Virus record (IMG/VR): IMGVR_UViG_3300012682_000002
Span: 1 to 51,574 of that record
Strand: one strand, 5' to 3'
DNA from: a virus
DNA length: 51,574 bases
The translations under genes and the position numbers were made by a program. Below are positions 51,552 through 51,574 of the stretch, in pieces; within the stretch, counting starts at the first letter, position 1, and the number at the start of each line of letters is the position of its first letter. A model generated the notes under the pieces. That model saw nothing but the letters and a program-made list of their open reading frames with translations. It had not been told where the DNA came from and ran no database searches.

Positions 51552-51574
51552 CCGCTGAGGGGCAGCGCCAGCCC
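51452..51574. repeat. Terminal overlap, identical to 1-123
   Basis: Second copy of the 123-bp overlap. Confidence 0.9.

Noticed and set aside
1-51574. tRNA, rRNA, CRISPR array, reverse transcriptase/DGR and contractile-sheath genes
   Set aside because: No cloverleaf-like or T-loop (GGTTCGAATCC-type) segment was seen in the intergenic gaps, and none of the gaps is large. No RT motifs (YxDD) were seen next to the fibre or LamG genes. No sheath-sized ORF lies upstream of the tube gene. This was judged by eye only.

Overview
The window is one complete, GC-rich tailed-phage genome. Bases 1-123 are identical to 51452-51574, so the contig closes on itself with a unique length of 51451 bp. It looks like a temperate siphovirus or an excised prophage: it has a 1597-aa tape measure, no sheath gene, and a tyrosine integrase with a divergent XRE/RHH immunity switch.

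Nearly all genes lie on the minus strand as one long series, often joined by ATGA/TGATG stop-start overlaps:
- Immunity switch at about 47.3 kb, then early genes of unknown function.
- Replication and recombination genes: C5-methyltransferase, DUF669-like SSB, PrimPol-helicase, ParB-like, Cas4-like exonuclease, HNH and VRR-NUC.
- A DNA-modification island: Mom-like acyltransferase, amino-methyltransferase, sigma-r4-like protein, a second ParB-like gene and a GT-A glycosyltransferase-like gene.
- Packaging and head genes: TerS, TerL, portal, head morphogenesis, scaffold and capsid.
- Tail genes: head-tail connectors, major tail, G/T chaperone, tape measure and tail tip.
- An embedded lysis cassette, then the tail fibres.

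I saw no rRNA, tRNA or CRISPR array.

The most unusual signals:
- Three DNA-modification genes are structurally recoded. An amino-methyltransferase is invaded by an out-of-frame HNH endonuclease ORF flanked by a 10-nt direct repeat. A C5-methyltransferase has family motifs split over two fully open overlapping frames. A glycosyltransferase-like gene is broken exactly at a G8 tract.
- A Mom-like gene overlaps the methyltransferase start.
- Seven copies of GAAGTACGT plus a large palindrome lie between the primase-helicase and ParB-like genes.
- A repeat-built early protein carries only an IS110-type C-terminal domain.
- A secreted protein carries four CTPRGC repeats.

All product calls rest on motif recognition by eye and on gene order. 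No database search was run.
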